Shown: piece by piece, positions 60,778 through 64,000 of the stretch
How positions within the stretch are numbered: the first letter of the stretch is position 1
Layout: every line of letters begins with the position of its first letter
Source: Fistulifera solaris
Taxonomy: Eukaryota
Assembly: GCA_030295235.1 (NCBI GenBank)
Contig: AP026176.1
Coordinates: 1-64,000 of the forward strand
Reading direction: 5' to 3'
DNA length: 64,000 bases
Translations under genes and position numbers: made by a program
The notes under the pieces: generated by a model
The model's input: the letters and a program-made list of their open reading frames with translations, nothing else
What the model was told of the DNA's origin: nothing
Databases searched by the model: none

Positions 60778-61271
60778 GGCTTTGTTATTTGTAATAAAGA
60801 AAGATCTACGTCAATAATAACGTGAAAGGGCAAAACAAATGATAAGAAGAAGATCGCTGTGTGACTTTCGTCGGCGTTCATCAAAAGTTTTTGCAAAAAC
60901 GGCGCGGCTTCCTCATGACTGAAACCAGTCGCGCGAAAAGCGAGCCTAATAATACAATCTACCTGGTACTTGTACGTTAGAGTCTATACGGAGTACTCCG
61001 AATAAAAAAAAGAGGAGAACTAAGAGACGCTATTTTCGGAACTCAATGAACACCAAAGACTGCAAAATGGTGAATGAAGCGCTATTTTTATTTAATTAAA
61101 GTGACTGGGACCGATTGTAACTGCAACTAGCCTCGGAACTCTGGTACAATCTCGCATTTTTAGAGTTTCACCAACGATTCAGAGCACAATCGTTGTCTTT
61201 TTCAACAATTCTTGTTTTTTTTCGCACGTCGGCCGATAATGAACCTTCCAACATTATTACCCTGAACAACT

Positions 61272-63955
61272 CTAACGGCGCCTGCCCCTGTCACCATGTG
61301 GATCCATATTTCCTCTACGTCGAGATCCATCACGCTGGGGTGGTAGCGGGGGTGGCGGACGGCGGCCCATTCCGCCAGGCATGGGCCTGCCGTAATAGCC
61401 AGGATCTTCAAAGGGAGGAGGATTTCCTATTCGGTCGTTCGGACGTACCATGCCGCGCCGGTCAGGATCGGAAGGGCCTGGGCCGTAGTGACTATCCGCA
61501 TTTCGTGGAGGATCGCGAAATCGGTTTTGGTCGTCGTCCCTTCTCGGTCGGTAAGGATCATTGTCCCGTTCGCGTTCACGTCGACCAATATCCTGGCGAT
61601 CACGTTCCTGTCGTTCTCGTTGGATATCGATCGGTCTGGCCGTTTCTCTTGTGCGATCCATGTCGTGAGGCCGGCCCATGTCTCTCGAGCGGTCCATTTC
61701 CCTAGCCCTGCCCATGTCATGGGACCTGCCTATGTCCCTTGGACGGTCCATTTCCCTTTCCCTATCGATGACATGCGGTCGATCCAGGTCTCTCAAGCGG
61801 TCCATATCCTTCGCCCTGTCCATGTCATGGGGTCGGCCCATGTCCCTTGGGCGGTCCATATCCCGCGCCCTTTCTATGTCATGGGGTCGGCCCATGTCCC
61901 TTGGGCGGTCCACATTTCGCGACCTGTCCATATCTCGGGGTCTATCCATAAAACCAGGCCGGTCAAAGTCACGTGGTCTTTCCATTTCCCTCGAGCGATC
62001 CATGTCACGTGGACGATCCATATCACGTGGTCTATTCATGTCTCGGCGATCCATATCATGAGGACGTTCCATGTCTCGTGGTCGTTCCATATCACGTGGT
62101 CTACTCATGTCTCGGCGATCCATATGATGAGGACGTTCCATGTCTCGTGACCGTTCCATATCACGACGACGATCCAAATCCCGTGGTCGGTCTATGTCCC
62201 TCAAAAGATCCACATCGCGCGGTAGGTCCATCTCTCTTGACCGATCTCCATCCCTCATTCGACCATAGTCACGATCCACTGACCGATCGCTCTTGTGGTC
62301 CCTGCGACGATCGCCTCTACTCTTTTTCTTCTTCTTGCGACTGCCACTGCGTGAACGCGACAATTCGTCTCCTTCGCGAGAGTTGCGACGACCGTCGGAG
62401 TTTTGTTTCTGCTTTTTGTAGGTGTGACTGTTTCCGTCCTCTTCCCCTTCTTCCCTATCCGAATAACGGTCATGATGACGATGTTGACTTTTCGACAATT
62501 TGTCGCGATTTCGTTTATTGTTGCTACCCCGAGACAAATCTGCGTCGGAATGGCCGCGACTTTTCCGTTCGCTGGCATCCTTGACACCAGCATTGTCATG
62601 CTTGCTTTTGGAATTACTAGAGTTAGGTTGCGCCAATTCAACTGCGGACATTGATTTTGATAATGGTGCTTTTTGTTGAAATCCTTCCTTCACCACACGT
62701 TTCATCATCGATTGATACACTTTGTCAAATTTGGCTTGCGCTTCGTCCGGAGTCCGTCCTTTCAACAACGCTTCTTCTTTGGCCTGTTCTGCGGCGGCCT
62801 TGGCTTCCTTGCGTTTCTTTTTGGTTTGAAACTCATGGAAATGCACGCCTTCATCTTCAAAGATGCGTCCTAATAGCGCTGGATCTTGTGGTGCAACTGG
62901 CTCCAACCAAAAGTACTTGTGTTGCAAGGAATTGGCGGCCGACACTCGTTTCCGCGGATCCCATTCCAGCATGCGTTCTAATAATGCCAAGGCGGATTCG
63001 GGTATTTTGCTTTCGTATTTGAGTTTGAGTCGATTTGGCAAGTGTTTTGGAACTGTCATTCCCGACGCCGTCCGTTTGGGGTCCTTTTTCAACTGATTTT
63101 GCATATAATCCCAAGTATCGTCCGCCGGCGTCCCCATCATATTCAGTATCAGTTGAAATTGATCCAGTTCTGTCTTTCCCGGAAACAGAGGTTTTCCCAA
63201 AAAGAGTTCGGCCAAAATACACCCAACCGACCAAATATCGACCGCTGGTCCATATTCTTGTGCACCGACAAGAATTTCGGGGGCCTGTACCACAGCGTGA
63301 TCACCTTGTTGGTCAATAAGAGTGCGTCATTACTGTTGGAATATTTGCCTCCGCTTGATGATGACACAGACTGATAAATGGGCGGTTCGATCGAACGCGC
63401 CAAACCAAAATCCGCCAATTTCAATCGAAAATGATTGTCCAGCAAAATGTTACTGCTTTTGATATCGCGATGAATGTACTTGTGTTGATGCAAATACGCC
63501 AAAGCCTGCAGCAATTGCTGCACGATGCATTTGATTTGTACCGGCGTGAAAGGGTGACCAATATCCAGCAGTCCCGACAAGTCGTGTGGCAAATACTCCA
63601 ACACGAGGAACAAATTTCCCTTGTACTTTTCGCGAACATCAATCACCAACGGCTTGTCCGGCTTGGAAGAAGAGGGCATGAGCGGTTCATCTTCGGGATC
63701 TAAATGCTCCACACCTTTACTGGTAACAACTTCGATGAGACGTAACAAATTCGGATGCTGCAAGCGCTTCAATATTTTGATTTCTCGTATCTGTTGCAAC
63801 GAGGTGCCCATGGTAGTTTGTGTGTGTGGATGCGGACGTAACTTTTTGAGGGCAACGACTCGTTGTGTATCTTTACAATACGCGCTATACACTTCTCCAT
63901 ATGTTCCTGATCCGATTTTGGAGGTCAGATCGTAATGTGCTAATGTACGAGTCAT
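61272..63955 (-). CDS. CDK9/CDK12 (CDKC)-like kinase with Arg/Asp-rich repeat tail; one frameshift near 63285
   Basis: IGSGTYGEV, VALKK, QQIREIKIL, HDLSGLL, HRDIKSSNILL, DFGLAR, TNKVITLWYR, DIWSVGCILAEL; FHEFQTKKKRK. Confidence 0.9.
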
Positions 63956-64000
63956 TCGATTGCGATGATTCCAGAGATTGTTGTCATCGTGAGAAGTTGT

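Noticed and set aside
61193..63096. Long plus-strand repetitive ORFs
   Set aside because: Antisense to the CDK repeat tail; open only because the repeat lacks stop codons
1316..63955. Widespread pseudogenisation or programmed frameshifting
   Set aside because: Breaks are mostly 1-bp shifts, often at short homopolymers, in otherwise motif-intact conserved genes (CDK, GC-PDE, SET). This is typical of unpolished long-read consensus, and I saw no shared slippery signal.
1..64000. tRNA/rRNA genes or an autonomous transposase/reverse transcriptase
   Set aside because: None recognised by eye; tRNAscan-SE, Infernal and a TE-protein search would be needed to exclude them

Overview
Left end of a eukaryotic chromosome, starting in a CCCTAA telomere, with short GT-AG introns and compact genes. 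The gene content points to a pennate diatom (inferred): a membrane guanylate cyclase-PDE fusion, a DUF285 type II membrane protein, HSF paralogs and ASAF-like plastid presequences. About 23 protein-coding loci can be supported. They include a cytochrome P450, a catalytically degenerate PI-PLC with a giant coiled-coil linker, two EGY-like M50 proteases, PLAA/Doa1, a SET protein, GC-PDE, a CruP-like flavoprotein with a long repeat N-terminus, a CER1/CER3-type protein carrying both activity signatures, tandem TauE/SafE transporters, an M43 protease, several secreted Cys/His-rich orphans, a UBAP2L-like protein, a sulfotransferase-like protein and a CDK9/12-like kinase. Many genes are split by 1-bp indels that look like long-read consensus errors, so gene limits are approximate. 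The intergenic DNA is highly structured: dense 7-bp micro-duplication fields, TA-flanked footprint-like insertions, a dispersed ~80-bp hairpin element, a recurrent GACTG-n-CAGTC palindrome, a 348-bp MITE and several tandem arrays. All calls come from reading motifs by eye; no database searches were run.
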